NCBI GenBank assembly: GCA_965213685.1
Contig: CBDBZY010000044.1
Span: 172,346-236,345 of the forward strand
DNA length: 64,000 nucleotides
Origin: a bacterium
Lineage (GTDB): Bacteria > UBA8248
Reading direction: 5' to 3'
Every line of letters begins with the position of its first letter. The first letter of the stretch is position 1. The notes below the pieces were generated by a model. That model searched no databases. It saw nothing but the letters and a program-made list of their open reading frames with translations, and had not been told where the DNA came from. The translations under genes and the position numbers were made by a program. Positions 50,182 through 59,782 of the stretch are shown here, one piece after another.

Positions 50182-51084
50182 ATGTCCCGACGTGTGGGTA
50201 TCGTGGGCATGGGACTGATGGGCCAGGCGTTCATCCGGAACATGCGCGAGACGGGTTTTGAGGTGCAGGGCTTTGATGTGGACGCCGCGCGCATGGATGA
50301 TTTGCGCGAGAAGGGCGGCGAGCCGGTGGAAACGCCCGCCGCCGCGGCCAGCGGGGTGAACTTCTTGGTGACCTCCCTTCCCGACAGCGGGGTGGTGCGC
50401 GAGGCGGTCTTCGGGGCGGGCGGCATCGCCGAGGGGGCGAAGGAGGGGCTGTACCACCTCGACACCACGACCGCGCGCCCGGAGGATTCGGTTCGTCTCT
50501 CGGAGGAGTTGGCGGAGAGGGGAATCCGCTTTCTCGACGCCGCCGTGAGCGGGACGAGCGCGATGGCGGTCGAGAAGGACTTGGTCGTCGTCGCGGGCGG
50601 CGGAGCGGAGGATTTCGACGCCTGCCGCGCCGTTTTCTCGGGCTTCAGCCGCGCCGCCTACTACATGGGCCCCGTGGGTTCGGGTGCGCGGACGAAGCTG
50701 GTCATCAACATGATTCTGGCGGGCAACCGCCTCGCCCTGGCGGAGGGGCTGCTGCTCGGCTCGAAGGTGGGCCTCGAGATGGACACCCTCCTGGAGGTGC
50801 TGCAGGACGGGGCGTGCTATTCCAAGACGATGGTCGACAAGGGGCCCAAGATGGTGCACGCGGACTACGCGAAGCAGGGGCAGGTGAAGACGTCCCTCAA
50901 GGACTCGCGCCTGATGATAGAGCAGGGCCGGCGCCACGGCTCTCCCATGCTGCTGACGAATCTCTGGTCGCAGGTCGCGCAGATGGCGTACGAGAGGGGC
51001 TACGGGGAGGAGGACACAGTCGCCTTCTACGAGGTTCTGCGCGAGATGGCCGGCCTGCCCTCGAGAATAGATGCGCGGCCGTGA
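50182..51084 (+). CDS. NAD(P)-dependent oxidoreductase, 3-hydroxyisobutyrate dehydrogenase family
   Basis: VGIVGMGLMG, LDTTT, FLDAAVSG, GSGARTKLVIN. Paralog of 46374-47294. Confidence 0.85.
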   Translation: MSRRVGIVGMGLMGQAFIRNMRETGFEVQGFDVDAARMDDLREKGGEPVETPAAAASGVNFLVTSLPDSGVVREAVFGAGGIAEGAKEGLYHLDTTTARPEDSVRLSEELAERGIRFLDAAVSGTSAMAVEKDLVVVAGGGAEDFDACRAVFSGFSRAAYYMGPVGSGARTKLVINMILAGNRLALAEGLLLGSKVGLEMDTLLEVLQDGACYSKTMVDKGPKMVHADYAKQGQVKTSLKDSRLMIEQGRRHGSPMLLTNLWSQVAQMAYERGYGEEDTVAFYEVLREMAGLPSRIDARP

Positions 51085-51220
51085 GAGGGGCGGTCGCGAC
51101 GGGGAGGAGATTCATCTCGTTGGGCGGAGAATAAATGATGATATAAATTAGAATACAAAGAGAATGACCATCTTCCGCCTATCCCGAAGCGCGTGAAACG
51201 GAGAAATTCTCGGGGCGAGC

Positions 51221-52174
51221 CATGCGCCGTTTTCGCACGCGAGCGAAGATAGATTTCCGTTGAAGCCCAATGCAAAAGATGCGCATTACGGGCACGAAGA
51301 TTACTCGGCGGAAATCGTGCGCCACGTCCTCAAAGACGTGATCGAAGGCCATCCCGCCAACGGAAATTACGGATTTACCGCCGATGACGTAGTTGCGCTT
51401 ATAGAGGGTAGCGAAAACCCCCGAGGTGCGTTGTTCTGGCGCGAGCTCATACAAGGCCCGATAGATGCGGATCGGATGGATTATCTCCTGCGGGATTCTC
51501 ACCACGCGGGGGTCGATTATGGCCGTTTCGATTGGCACCGTCTCGCGCAGACGGTTCAGGCCGTTCCGGGCGTGAACGGCGGGAGCCCGACTCTCGGGGT
51601 TTCCGAAGGCGGATTTCACGCGGCCGAAAGCTTGATTCTGGCGCGCTATTTCATGTTCACTCAAGTGTATTTCCACAAAACCCGCCTTGCCTACGACCAC
51701 CATCTTAAAGAGGCGCTCCAGGAAATTCTGCCCGGCGGGCGCTGGGCGCTCCCGACTCCCGAGAAGCTCGATGAATATCTTGCCTGGGACGATTGGCGGG
51801 TGCTGGGCGCTCTGAAAGGGGGCGCGGGCGGTGCGCATGGGCGACGAATTCTCGCCCGGGATCACTACCGGGAGATATGGCATACGCCCGAGGTGCCGGG
51901 CGACGATGGGATGAAGCAGTTGGAAGAGCGGAGAAAAGAATTGAACGGGCTGGACTTTGTGGAAATTCCGGCGAAAAAATCCTGGTACAACCCCGGAGCT
52001 GCCGACATTCCCGTTCTGATGGAAACTCTCGCTCGTGAAAGAAAGCCGCTTTCTGATTTGTCCTCGGTCGTGCGTGGCATTCAACCGATTCGCCAGTTTC
52101 GACTATATGTTTGCCCCCAGGATCGGGCGAAAGCCGAACGTCTATTGAATCGAAACGGAGGAGAAAATGGATGA
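51221..52174 (+). pseudogene. N-terminally truncated SAMHD1/YwfO-like HD phosphohydrolase
   Basis: The frame reads stop(51194)-NGEILGAS-HAPFSHASE...HEDYS...IDADRMDYLLRDSHHAGVDYG...ARYFMFTQVYFHKTR. The LLHD.G and R..HS.G motifs expected upstream are missing. Confidence 0.8.
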
Positions 52175-52724
52175 TTCCGGGTGGAACAAACTGGGGCTGA
52201 TTTGCGCCTTGGTGGAAAAGAGCGATCGCGCCGGCCGAACCGCGCTCATGAAATTCGCCTATCTTCTGAAAGAGATAAAAGGCGTTCCGCTCGGCTATCG
52301 GTTCAGGCTGCATATTTACGGCCCCTTCGATTCCCGCTTGCTGGGCGACCTGGGCTACGCCGAGGCGCTTCATGCGGTGAAAAGCTCCCTGGAGCCTTTT
52401 CCGGGAGGATATTCCTATCGATATGCGCCTGGCGACAAAATCGGGGAATTGAAAGAGCGCGCCCGGGATTTTCTGGAGAAATACAATAAAGAGATCGACT
52501 GGGTGGTCGGGGAGTTTGGCTCCAAAGATGCGGGCGCCCTGGAGATGATCAGCACAATCGTCTTTGTCGACCGGAGTGCCGAAGAGCGCAAGTCTAAAAA
52601 TTCCGTGGACGCGCTTTCCGAAAAAGTCTTCAAGATCAAGCCTCATCTCAATCTAGGCGTGATCCGCAAAGAAGTTGAGCGACTCAATGAACGGGGCTAT
52701 CTCAAGGCTGTTGCCGCCGGGTAG
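52167..52724 (+). CDS. YwgA/SocA-Panacea-like small protein
   Basis: GRTALMKFAYLLKEIKGVPLGYRFRLHIYGPFDS, LEMISTIVF, IKPH. GGAG RBS; overlaps the HD stop. Confidence 0.6.
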   Translation: MDDSGWNKLGLICALVEKSDRAGRTALMKFAYLLKEIKGVPLGYRFRLHIYGPFDSRLLGDLGYAEALHAVKSSLEPFPGGYSYRYAPGDKIGELKERARDFLEKYNKEIDWVVGEFGSKDAGALEMISTIVFVDRSAEERKSKNSVDALSEKVFKIKPHLNLGVIRKEVERLNERGYLKAVAAG

Positions 52725-53682
52725 ATGCGCTGCCTTCCGCCGAATCGCTCAGGTCGGGCGGGTAGGGCGCGAAATAGGTTTGCGCCTCCAGGTAGGCGGT
52801 GCCGAAGCGCGCCGTCCACCCTTGGAGGGTTCCGAGCGGGGAGGCCAGCGGGACGTCTCCCGCCCGGTATTGTTCCAGTGCCTCCAGGAAGCGCGCCTTC
52901 TCCCGGCGGCTGATTTTTTTCGAAAAATATCCGAGGGCGTGGGTCAGGGCGTTGACGTGCGCGGCGTGCCCCGGCACGCGCGCCAGGAGCCCCAGGAGCG
53001 CGCTTTCGTATGACGCGATGACGTCCCCGAACGCGCGCTTCTCCTGGTTCGCGAGCAACCTCCCCATGGCGCGCATCGTCGCCTGGTGGTGGGCCATGAA
53101 CAGGAGCTTGTTCTCCGCGTGGTAGCGAACGAGGCGGGCGGGCCGTCCCGTTTTCCTGACCTCGCGGAAGCTGGCGAGTGCGAAGATTTGCGTGAGGAAG
53201 TGCGCGCGAACGGCCGGGTTGCGCAACCGTTCCTCATCCGTCACGGCCAGTGCGCCGAATTTCTCCAGCACCTTGTCCGCGAACAGGCCCGTCCCCCTGG
53301 CGCGGTGGCGGGTGGATTCGGGAGCGGGGAATATCTTCGCGCCAGCGATTCCGCACGACGGGGATTTTTCCTTCAGAATAAAACCGTCGACTTCTTCCAG
53401 GCCTGCCAGAAATCGTTCGGAAAAGGCGTTCATCTCGCGCGTGAGACGCTTTTGCGTGCGGGGCTGGTAGAGTGCCTTCCTCCCCCCGTCCAGATATATC
53501 CGGACGGGGTCCCGCGGGATGCCCAGGCCAATCTCCACCTCGGGACAGACCGCTTGGAGCCGCACAAAGGGTTTCAGCCGCTCCAGAAAGCGGAACGGGA
53601 CGCTCCCGCCGTCGTAGCGGCATGCGTCGAACTCCAGGCATCGGCTCGCCACGACGACGGGCGTCGGGAACTCCCGGCTCAA
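52702..53682 (-). CDS. DUF523-DUF1722 (YbbK/YbgA, 2-thiouracil desulfurase-like) protein
   Basis: SRCL....CRYDG, VCPEVEIGLGIPR, LKEKSPSCG, G.GLFA, NALTHALGYFS, YLEAQTYF.PYP. Start is uncertain (TTG 53682). Confidence 0.85.
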   Translation of the reverse strand: MSREFPTPVVVASRCLEFDACRYDGGSVPFRFLERLKPFVRLQAVCPEVEIGLGIPRDPVRIYLDGGRKALYQPRTQKRLTREMNAFSERFLAGLEEVDGFILKEKSPSCGIAGAKIFPAPESTRHRARGTGLFADKVLEKFGALAVTDEERLRNPAVRAHFLTQIFALASFREVRKTGRPARLVRYHAENKLLFMAHHQATMRAMGRLLANQEKRAFGDVIASYESALLGLLARVPGHAAHVNALTHALGYFSKKISRREKARFLEALEQYRAGDVPLASPLGTLQGWTARFGTAYLEAQTYFAPYPPDLSDSAEGSASTRRQQP

Positions 53683-53765
53683 GGCCCGCCGCCCCCCGCA
53701 AGCCGCGCTTCCGGGATGCCGGATGGGGCGCCGGCGGTGCGCACCGGGGATGCGGTCATCGACGC

Positions 53766-55547
53766 CTACGCATACTCGTAGAAGCCCCTGCCCGTCTTTC
53801 TTCCCAGCCATCCGGCCGAGGTCATCCGGCGCAGGATGGGCGGTGCGTAGAACCTGGCCTCGCCCAGCTCCTCGGCCATCGAATTCGCGACAAACGTTTG
53901 CACGTCCACGCCCACGAGGTCGATGAGCGTCAGCGGGCCCATCGGGTGTCCGAGCCCCATGCTGATGGCCTTGTCCATGCTCTCCCTGTCCGCAAGGCCA
54001 TCGTCGAACGCCTGGGCGGCGTGGTTCAGATACGGCACGACGAGGCGGTTCACCAGAAAACCGGGACGATCCTTGACCGGAATGGGGGTTTTCCCAATTC
54101 GCCGGCAAAACGCGATTCCGAACTGCGTGATGTCCGGTGCCGTCTGCACGGCCTCGACCACCTCCACGAGCCGCATGGCGTAGGGGGGATTGAAGAAATG
54201 CAGGCCGAGCACCCGCTCCGGATTCTTCGTTTGCGCGGCCATGGCGGTCACCGACAGACAGGAGGTGTTCGACGCGATGATGGCGCCGGTTTTCGCGATC
54301 TCCCCGAGTCTCCCGAACAGTGCGCGCTTGGCCTCCAGATTCTCGACGATCGCCTCGACGATGAGGTCGCAGTCCGCGAGGTCGGCGAGGGCGGTCGAGC
54401 CGCTCAGGCGGTCGAGCGTCTCCTGTTTTTGGCTTTCATCCATCTTGCCGCGCTTCACCGCGCCGTCGAGGTTGCGGCGGATGCGGCCCAGGCCGGACTC
54501 CAGGACGTCCGGGTTCAGCTCGACGGCGACGACCTCCAGCCCGGAGGAGATGCAAACCTGCGCGATGCCGGAGCCCATGGTGCCGATGCCGACCACGCCG
54601 ACTTTTCTCACCGCGTCGGCGATGGCCGCACCGGCGGCGCCCTCTCGCCCCTGCGCCGCGTCCTCTGCGGGCTCGGCGACGCCAAACACGCCCGCCGATT
54701 TGTAGGCGTAAAACCCCCTTCCGGCTTTTGCGCCCAGATGGCCCGCGTCAATCATGCGATCCACCAGGGGCGGGGGGATGTGCCTCGGATCCTTGAGCTG
54801 CTTATACATCGAGAGCGAGACGGTTCTGTGTATGTCGAGTCCCTCGATGTCGAGCAGGCGCATGGGGCCCATCCTGTAGCCCAGGCCGAGCCGAACGCCC
54901 GCGTCCAGGTCCGCCGGGGTGGTGTAGCCCGATTCGACGAGGCGGATGCAGTCGTTTTGAAACGCCGCCAGAAAGTAGTTGAGCACGAAGCCGGGCGAGT
55001 CCTTCACCTCGACGGGCGTCTGGCCGATTTCCTCCAGAAAGGCCACCGTCGCGCTCCGGGTGTCCGCGCTCGTGAGAAGGCCGGGCGCGACTTCCACCAG
55101 CCTGTTCAGCGCCGCCGGCAGACAAAAGTGGGTGCCGATGGTCTTGGCCGGCCTGCCGGATGCGGCGCCCATGTTCGAGATGGAGAGCGTGCTCGTGTTC
55201 GACGCGATGATGGCGTCGTCGTCCAGGATGGCGTCCAGGCTCCGGAGCAGCCCGTTCTTCTCCGCCTGGCTTTCCGTGATGGCTTCGATCACGAGGTCGC
55301 AGCCGGCCATGTCGGGGAGCGCATGCGCCTCCTGAATCCGGCCGACGATCGCGTCCCTTTCCGCCTCGGAGGTTTTTCCCTTCTGCACGCCCGCATCCAG
55401 AAACTCCCGAATGCGGCCCATGCCGGACTCCAGGGCCGCCGCGTTCGCCTCGAGCACGAGCGTCTCCTTGCCGCCGCGGGCGCACACGATGGCGATGTTC
55501 GACCCCATCGTTCCCAGACCCACAACGCCCACCTTTTGGGGCTTCAT
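53766..55547 (-). CDS. Tandem double 3-hydroxyacyl-CoA dehydrogenase
   Basis: Two complete units, each with VGVVG.GTMGS, EAI.E, IASNTS, HF..P...LVEV, MGP..L.D and LG.K.GRGFY.Y. Confidence 0.9.
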   Translation of the reverse strand: MKPQKVGVVGLGTMGSNIAIVCARGGKETLVLEANAAALESGMGRIREFLDAGVQKGKTSEAERDAIVGRIQEAHALPDMAGCDLVIEAITESQAEKNGLLRSLDAILDDDAIIASNTSTLSISNMGAASGRPAKTIGTHFCLPAALNRLVEVAPGLLTSADTRSATVAFLEEIGQTPVEVKDSPGFVLNYFLAAFQNDCIRLVESGYTTPADLDAGVRLGLGYRMGPMRLLDIEGLDIHRTVSLSMYKQLKDPRHIPPPLVDRMIDAGHLGAKAGRGFYAYKSAGVFGVAEPAEDAAQGREGAAGAAIADAVRKVGVVGIGTMGSGIAQVCISSGLEVVAVELNPDVLESGLGRIRRNLDGAVKRGKMDESQKQETLDRLSGSTALADLADCDLIVEAIVENLEAKRALFGRLGEIAKTGAIIASNTSCLSVTAMAAQTKNPERVLGLHFFNPPYAMRLVEVVEAVQTAPDITQFGIAFCRRIGKTPIPVKDRPGFLVNRLVVPYLNHAAQAFDDGLADRESMDKAISMGLGHPMGPLTLIDLVGVDVQTFVANSMAEELGEARFYAPPILRRMTSAGWLGRKTGRGFYEYA

Positions 55548-55892
55548 GCAATTCTCCTGTCGGTTTTCATCGGCGAGATATGTTTGCGCTATCGGATTTC
55601 CGCACAGGCGATCGTCTGCTTCCCGCGCGCCGTTTTAAGTCTTTTCGTTTCGCCTCGTTTCGCAGGCGCGCCCCCATTTGTAGGCTTGCCGCCCGATTTT
55701 TGTCAACGTGATGCGCCGCGCTTTCCGCACGGGCTGCCTGTCTTCCTCGCATGATGGGGATGCGGCGGGAGAAGCTGGACAGCATCCTACTTAAAGGACG
55801 CGCGCGCGCGGGCCTCCTCGGGAGATATGACCGGCCGGGGGGCGCAGGGGGAGCGCCCGCGAACGGAGCATATCTCCGGCACCTGCGCTTCC

Positions 55893-57494
55893 TCAGTCGA
55901 ACACCGTCTCGTCGTAGTGGGCGGAATCCACCACCGCCTCGATGACCGTGGGCCCCTCGGAGGCGAAGGCTTCCCGGAGCGCTCCCCGCAGCGCCTCGGG
56001 GGTTCGGGCGCCTACCGCCGGAACGCCGAAATAATGGGAGGGCGGGTCGCGGTATTCCTCCGCCTGGAGTTCGGTTCCATAGCGGCCGTACGTCCGCCTG
56101 TCCTGCTTGACCTGGATGAGCGAGAGCCAGCGGTCGTCCAGGACGACGATGGGGATGGCGAGCCCCATTCTCTTCGCCACGGCCACCTCGCCGCACGTCA
56201 TCTGAAAGCAGCCGTCGCCGATGAGCGCGACGACGGGTTTTTCGGGAAACGCGAGCTTCGCGGCGATGGCTCCCGGAAGGCCGAAGCCCATCGAGGACCA
56301 CCCGTTCGTGATCAGGAAGGTGCGCGGCTCATGGACGGTCCACTGGCTGGCTATCTGGTGCGTGTGCGCGCCGACGTCGAAGGAGAGGACGCCCTCTCTC
56401 GGGGTCCCCTCGCGCACCACGTCAATCGCCTGGTGGGCCGCGAAATGCGGGGCTTCGGGACGCAGCGCCCTCTGGAACGCTTCCTTGTGCCGCAAGGCGG
56501 CGTCCGAGGGCCATTCGTAGCCGCCCGGGACGAAATCGTTCATGCGCCTGAGGGATGCGTCCAGGTCGCCGACCACCTCGTGCGCGATGCGGACGGAGGA
56601 ATCCGCGTCCACCGGGTCGACGTCGACGCTGACGAGGGGCACGTCCCCTATCCACTGCTCGTATTCCACCTCGACCACGTCGTAGCCGAGTCCGACAATC
56701 AGGTCGGCGCTCCTCAAGAACGCCCGTTGCACCTGGCGCTTTCCGCGCTCGACGCAACCGATGGAGAGCGGATGATCCTCGTCTATCATCCCCTTGGCCA
56801 TCGTGGTCGTGGCGAAGGGAAGCTGGTGCTTGTCGATGAACGCGCGCAGGAGGGCCGGGTTCGCCATGCGCATGGTGCTCGCGCCCAAAACGACGACGGG
56901 CCGCCTGGCGTCGCGCAGGAGGCCTTCGAGTTTCGGAAACGCGCTATCAGGCGCGGGGCGGGGGCGCCTTCCGGCGGGAGGCGGGGGCGCCTCCTCCGTG
57001 GCGGGTGCCAGGGATACGTCCTCCGGCAGGTCGAGGTGAACGGGGCCGTGCGGTTCGCCCGAGGCGATGCGCAGCGCCTCCTCGAGGGTCGAGGCGACGC
57101 GGCCCTTGCGCAGCGGAAGGCTCGCCTTGCTGATGGGGCGGTACAGGGTGTGGTGGTCGATATACATCTGGATGCGCCGCCCGAGCTGGTGGGTGTGCAG
57201 GTTGCAGGTGAGGGCGATGAGCGGAGAGCGGTCTAGGTAGGCGTTGCCCACGCCGGTCGAGAGGTTGGTGGCCCCGGGGCCGAGGGTGGCGATGCAGAAG
57301 CCAGGCGCGCCGGTGAGGCGGCCCATCACGTCGGCGGCGAAGCTCGCGGAGCCTTCGTGCGCGGTGAGGACGAACTCGACCCCCCCCTTCCGCATCGCTT
57401 CGAGCATGGGCAGGACGTTTCCGCTCGGGATGCCGAAGCAGTGGGTGACGCCCGCCTCTTTCATGGTTTTGACGATCAGGTCCGCGTTGTTCAT
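55893..57494 (-). CDS. Thiamine diphosphate-dependent enzyme, acetolactate synthase-like
   Basis: FGIPSG, HEGSASFAA, ATLGPGATN, GPVHLDLP, SMGFGLP.AI, GDGCFQM. Confidence 0.85.
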   Translation of the reverse strand: MNNADLIVKTMKEAGVTHCFGIPSGNVLPMLEAMRKGGVEFVLTAHEGSASFAADVMGRLTGAPGFCIATLGPGATNLSTGVGNAYLDRSPLIALTCNLHTHQLGRRIQMYIDHHTLYRPISKASLPLRKGRVASTLEEALRIASGEPHGPVHLDLPEDVSLAPATEEAPPPPAGRRPRPAPDSAFPKLEGLLRDARRPVVVLGASTMRMANPALLRAFIDKHQLPFATTTMAKGMIDEDHPLSIGCVERGKRQVQRAFLRSADLIVGLGYDVVEVEYEQWIGDVPLVSVDVDPVDADSSVRIAHEVVGDLDASLRRMNDFVPGGYEWPSDAALRHKEAFQRALRPEAPHFAAHQAIDVVREGTPREGVLSFDVGAHTHQIASQWTVHEPRTFLITNGWSSMGFGLPGAIAAKLAFPEKPVVALIGDGCFQMTCGEVAVAKRMGLAIPIVVLDDRWLSLIQVKQDRRTYGRYGTELQAEEYRDPPSHYFGVPAVGARTPEALRGALREAFASEGPTVIEAVVDSAHYDETVFD

Positions 57495-57509
57495 GGAAAA
57501 TCTCCGGCT

Positions 57510-58553
57510 TCAAGGTGAGGAATGGCGATGAACGTTGATGAGGTCCTTGAGGAGAGCGGCGGCTGCACCGCGCGGGTCGCTCTTGCCGCCCGCCACGGTG
57601 ATGCGATCCATCGTGTCCGTCGTGTACGTGATCCCCTTCTCCGCCCCCTCTACGCCCGCAAGGGGATGCGCGCGCGCGAGCGGCTCGGGAGCGACGCGGG
57701 ACCAGACGCGCCCGTTTTCGTCCCGCCTCGAGGCGCCCACGAGGCGCAGGATGTTCCCCTCCGCGGCCGCGGCCCGCACTTCGGCCAGCGATATGCCGGA
57801 AATTCCCGCCCGCGGGATGTCCTCCGGCCTCAAATCGGCGTCCATGCAGACGTTGGTGATGAGCGCGAGCTTGTTCGCCGTGTCGAAGCCCTCCACGTCC
57901 AGCGTGGGGTCGGTCTCCGCGATGCCGAGCGCCTGCGCGCGCGCGAGCGCCTCCTCGTAGCTGTGGCCGTCTGTCCGCATCCGGGAGAGGATGAAGTTCG
58001 TCGTTCCGTTCAGCACGCCCTCGACCGCGAGAATCCTCGCGCCCGCGAGGCATGTCTGGGCGACGTCTATGGTGGGGAGGGCGGCGGCCGCCGCCGCCGA
58101 GATCTTCAGGGCGACGTTTTTCTCCCGGGCGAGGCGGGTCAGCTCCCGGTAGGCGCGTATGAAGGGCCCCTTGTTGGCGCTCACGACGTGCATTCCTCTG
58201 GCGAGTGCCTCGCGGACGTGGCCCAGGGCGGGTTCGCCCGTTTGAACGTCCGTTGGCGTCGTTTCCACGATGACGTCGGCGGGTGCGCGGCGAATCAGGT
58301 CGATCCCCCGCCAGGCGGCCTGCGCGTGCGGATGGCCCGCGAAGCCGCCCCCGCTCTCGAACTCGTCCGCTGTCCCGGCTCCCTCGAGTCCGTCGGGACG
58401 GTGCAGGCTCCCCGCCAGCTCGCCCACGCCGACGATGGACAAGGCGAGGCCATAGCCGGAGCGGATGGCGTCCGATTTCTCCGAGACGAGCCTGGCGAAT
58501 GCGCGCCCCACGCGCCCGAAGCCGCATATGATCACTCTCGTCTCTTTCGGCAA
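57510..58553 (-). CDS. hom: Homoserine dehydrogenase
   Basis: GFGRVG, HVVSANKGP, GVLNGTTNFIL, AQALGIAETDPTLDVEGFDTANK. TTG start with AGAAGGA upstream. Confidence 0.8.
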   Translation of the reverse strand: MPKETRVIICGFGRVGRAFARLVSEKSDAIRSGYGLALSIVGVGELAGSLHRPDGLEGAGTADEFESGGGFAGHPHAQAAWRGIDLIRRAPADVIVETTPTDVQTGEPALGHVREALARGMHVVSANKGPFIRAYRELTRLAREKNVALKISAAAAAALPTIDVAQTCLAGARILAVEGVLNGTTNFILSRMRTDGHSYEEALARAQALGIAETDPTLDVEGFDTANKLALITNVCMDADLRPEDIPRAGISGISLAEVRAAAAEGNILRLVGASRRDENGRVWSRVAPEPLARAHPLAGVEGAEKGITYTTDTMDRITVAGGKSDPRGAAAALLKDLINVHRHSSP

Positions 58554-58764
58554 GCGTCATCCTTCTGGCGGTTGGCGTGGAGTCAGCGATTTGCTCGCAT
58601 CTTCATGCCACGCCGGTGGGGAGTGGTCAACTTGGGCGCCTTCCCGCGCTTTCCGCGCGAAGGCGGCGATCTCGTTGCCGAACGGGGAAAACTATGAGAA
58701 ATCTGTTGTTCGCTCCATGGCAGGCGCGCGTTTTCACGGCTGGCGATGCGGGAAAGGAGAGGGG

Positions 58765-59730
58765 ATGCCGGATCTGGACTTGACGGCGGCGTTTGGAAAT
58801 TACGATCGAACCAACATTCTCAAGATGGGGGACGTGCGCCCCCGGGGAGTGAATCTGCGGGTCATCTCCCTGCCGCCCTCGGAGATATTCTTCCGCATGT
58901 GCAGGTACCGGGAGTTCGACCTCTCGGAGATGTCGATGGGGGCGCACCTGTTCCTGCTGGGAGCGGGGGACAGCCCTTTCGTGGGGATGCCCGCCTTTCC
59001 CAGTCGGGTTTTCCGGCACTCCATGGCGTACGCCAACGTGGATTCCGGCGTGGATGCGGCGGCGGACTTCAACGGCAAGCGCGTCGCCATCCGCGAATGG
59101 GGGATGACGGCGGTCGTCTGGATCGTGGGCATTCTCGCCGAGGAATACGGGCTGGACGTGAGCGCGGTGGATTGGGTGGCGGCGACCGAGCCGCGCGTGC
59201 CGATACGGATGCCCCCGGGTGCGCGCATACGATACATGCGGCCCGGACAAACGATTTCCGGCATGCTGGAATCAGGCGAGGTGGACGGAGCCTTGATACA
59301 TCAGGTGCCCGCGTGCTTTTCGGGCGGCTCGCCGCGCGTCAAGCGGCTGTTCCCCGACTACAAGGCGGCCGAGACGGCGTATTACAAGAGGACGGGGATT
59401 CATCCCATGATGCACTGCGTCGTGCTGCGCAGGGAGATATACAGGCGAAACCCCTGGGTGCTGCAGTCCGTGTACCAGGCCATGTGCGACGCGAGGGAGA
59501 GGACGCTGGAGTCGCTCCGCGACAATGGCGCGCTGTCCGCCATGATCCCGTTTTTGCCGGCGGTCATGGACGAGACGCGGGAAATTTTCGGCGAGAACTT
59601 TTGGCCGTATGGCGTGGAGGCGAACCGCAAGTCGCTGGAGAAGCTCCTCCTCTACGCCCGCCAGCAGGGCCTTACGCCGGGCTTGCTCGGAGTGGAGGAA
59701 GTGTTCGGCGAAAGCGTGCTGGGGACGTAA
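58765..59730 (+). CDS. 4,5-dihydroxyphthalate decarboxylase-like / periplasmic-binding-fold protein
   Basis: GNYDRT, EIFFR...EFDLSEMS, FPSRVFRHS, MTAVVW..GIL, RLFPDY..E..YY..TGIHP.MH, WPYGVEAN. Confidence 0.75.
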   Translation: MPDLDLTAAFGNYDRTNILKMGDVRPRGVNLRVISLPPSEIFFRMCRYREFDLSEMSMGAHLFLLGAGDSPFVGMPAFPSRVFRHSMAYANVDSGVDAAADFNGKRVAIREWGMTAVVWIVGILAEEYGLDVSAVDWVAATEPRVPIRMPPGARIRYMRPGQTISGMLESGEVDGALIHQVPACFSGGSPRVKRLFPDYKAAETAYYKRTGIHPMMHCVVLRREIYRRNPWVLQSVYQAMCDARERTLESLRDNGALSAMIPFLPAVMDETREIFGENFWPYGVEANRKSLEKLLLYARQQGLTPGLLGVEEVFGESVLGT

Positions 59731-59782
59731 TCGGCAGTCCGGAAGAACTGCCCCCCATCATCCATGAGGGGAGGCGGGCCCC

